Below, in pieces: positions 61,944 to 64,000 of a stretch of DNA of 64,000 bases (the first letter of the stretch is position 1; each line of letters begins with the position of its first letter). Under the pieces are notes generated by a model that was not told the origin of the DNA, did no database searches, and saw only the letters and a program-made list of their open reading frames with translations. Source of the stretch: Stegostoma tigrinum. Its lineage: Eukaryota. The DNA lies in the NCBI RefSeq assembly GCF_030684315.1, contig NC_081362.1, positions 47,829,744-47,893,743 on the forward strand, in the 5' to 3' direction. The position numbers and the translations under genes were made by a program.

Positions 61944-62262
61944 ATGGTGGCTCAGTGGTTAGCACTGTTGCCACATAACGCCAGGGACCTAAGTTTGATT
62001 CTGGTCTGTGTGACATATGCATATTCTCACCACATCTGCATGGGTTTCCTTCCAGTGCTCCAGTTTCCTCCCACAGCCCAAAGATGTGCGGGTTTGGTGG
62101 ACTGGCCATGCTAAACTGCCCACAGTACGCAGGGATGTGCAGGCTAGGTGGTTTAGTAATGGGAAATGCAAGGTTACAGGGATAGGGTGGGGGGTAGGAT
62201 GCTCTTCAGAGGGTAAGTGTGGACCTAATGGTTTAAATGGCCTGCCTCCACATTAAGGATTC
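61944..62262 (+). mobile_element. HE1-type SINE inside a CR1 fragment
   Basis: ggtggctcagtggttagcactg...cccaaagatgtgcgggtt...ggccatgctaaactgccc. Confidence 0.85.
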
Positions 62263-62369
62263 TCTGGTTCCTGGGATGAAGAGATTACTTTATGAGATCT
62301 CATCAGATTGAATTTATCATTTACCAGTTGGAGTTTAAAAGAATGTTGGGAGCATCTAGAATTGTTGAA

Positions 62370-63645
62370 AATTACATCAATGTTTTAATGATTAACTAAT
62401 AAAGTAGGAAGGAACATAACTGTTATTTCAATTGATGATTTGGTTGTTTTTAGCCAAAAAAGGGAAGAACGTTGATATTGTTTGACTGTTTGATCAACTA
62501 CAAAAAGACAATTAAATCATAAATTTGGCCAAGAGTAATTTTACCAAGACAAAGGTGGCTTAGCTGGACCATGCCTTGGGACAAGGCCAAACAGCACAAG
62601 GAAGGGAAAACCTGGGTTCTTTCCTGTGCCTAGGACAAACCATGAAAGTTTGCAATATATTGGCATGATTGGATTCTATCACAGGTTTGTTCTGCGACTT
62701 CAGAACTGTCATTGCTCCTTTAATGAATTCATTATAGAGAGGCAGAAATTTTAAATGGATGTCAAAGTGCCTTTGACGGGACTATCATATGTTGAAAGAT
62801 TGGAGTGACTGGGCTTGTATACACTTGAGTTTAGAAGGATGAGAGGGGATCTGATTGAGGCGTATAAGATTATTAAGGGATTGGACACTCTGGAGGCAGG
62901 AAGCATATTTCCGCTGATGGGTGAGTCCAGAACCAGAGGACACAGTTTAAAATAAGGGGTAGGCCATTTAGAACAAAGTTGAGGAAAAACGTCTTCACCC
63001 AGAGAGTGGTGGATATATGGAATGCTCTGCCCCAGAAGGCAGTGGAGGCCAACTCTCTGGATACTTTCAAGAAAGAGATAGATAGAGCTCTTAAAGATAG
63101 TGGAATCAAGGGTTATGGGGATAAGGCAGGAACAGGATACTGATTGTGGATGATCAGCCATGATCATAATGAATGGTGGTGCTGGCTCGAAGGGCCGAAT
63201 GGCCTACTCCAGGACCTATTGTCTATTGTCTATTGAAAACTCGAAGTGCTGAGAAACCACATTGGTTTTAGCTGCACTGAATTATGCAAAGCCATTCACA
63301 CTGTTAATGCCAAATTGGTGTGGGGCTGTTTTACTGCAAAATGAATAGTTGGGGATTTGAAGACCTATCAGTTATTATTCAAAGAAAGTGACCATATCAA
63401 AATTATGCAGTGGAAAAGGAGATATTAAATATTGTGATACATCTATATCATTTTGAAATTTACGTGAGCAACACAGAAGAAATTATTATTTTTATAGATC
63501 ACAATCCTTTGATTTTCTTAGAAAATTTTCAGAATAAGATTTATGATTATTGCTTTGGAATAAATTCTCCAACCATATAATTTGAAAATTGTTTATGTTC
63601 CAGAAGAAAATGTTATGACGGATGCTTTATTGAGAGCAATATAAA
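62370..63645 (+). mobile_element. Fossil Gypsy pol (RT + RNase H), possibly Gmr1-like
   Basis: Piecewise translation gives IDDLVVFSQ, INLAKSNF, GMIGFYHRFV, NYAKPF, GVGAVLLQ, RPISYYSKK, HFEIYV...IDHNPLIFL and QPYNLKIVYV...ENVMTDALLRAI*. Confidence 0.85.
62778..63236 (+). mobile_element. Young CR1 3' end inserted in the Gypsy fossil
   Basis: Encodes GLSYVERLE*LGLYTLEFRRMRGDLIEAYKIIKGLD and ends in a (tattgtc)n tail. Confidence 0.9.
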
Positions 63646-64000
63646 CAACATCAATGATGCGATGTCCATGGGCATATGTAAAACATGGCTGCTGTGTAAT
63701 TCATTGTATGTTTAATGTCGATATATTATTACTGTCAATGTGACATAGCAATAATATTAAGCTAATCATTGATAAGTAATGAAAATGCCTCAAAAGATAC
63801 ATTTTCATTTTCTTTGGGGAGGTGTGATGTGAGGAAAAACAAATCTGTATTGATAAGCCCACAAAGGCAGCTATCTCTAAATAACTTTTTTGAGTTGTCA
63901 TCAAACTGTAAATTCACAGATCCCTACATGCTGTGATACTGATAGCTTGACAGCATTGTGTAATCTACGTCAATGCTACAACAATAACATGTTGTTTGAG

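Noticed and set aside
1-64000. Prokaryote-type systems (CRISPR arrays, operons, defence loci) or a novel multi-gene system
   Set aside because: The sequence is vertebrate intron. There are no regularly spaced repeat-spacer arrays, and the long ORFs are explained by transposable elements.

Overview
This is vertebrate genomic DNA. The repeat content (HE1-type SINEs, HER1/CR1 LINEs, Neptune-type Penelope elements, Deu-domain SINEs) indicates an elasmobranch, probably a carpet shark (inference). Almost the whole window lies inside the minus-strand beta-II spectrin gene SPTBN1. The canonical first coding exon ([48 protein letters not shown]) is at 60641-60785. The alternative internal first coding exon (MEIHRASSISGPLSSGFPSQMAYNYNQLEGRFKQLQ) is at 27006-27114. 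The common next exon (DEREAVQKK...) was not found and should lie left of the window. The rest is intron packed with decayed CR1/HER1, L2, Rex1/Babar, Penelope-like and Gypsy fragments plus SINEs. Points worth a second look: a possible third phase-1 first coding exon (1266-1317); a uORF abutting the SPTBN1 start; three Penelope insertions sharing an inverted-pLTR+tail architecture with 12-15 bp target-site duplications and minimal hammerhead motifs; and a ~200 bp inverted duplication of apparently unique DNA (52625-52821 / 53667-53864). I saw no convincing novel multi-gene system. TE family names come from recognition of translated motifs and terminal sequences, not database searches, and TE boundaries are approximate.
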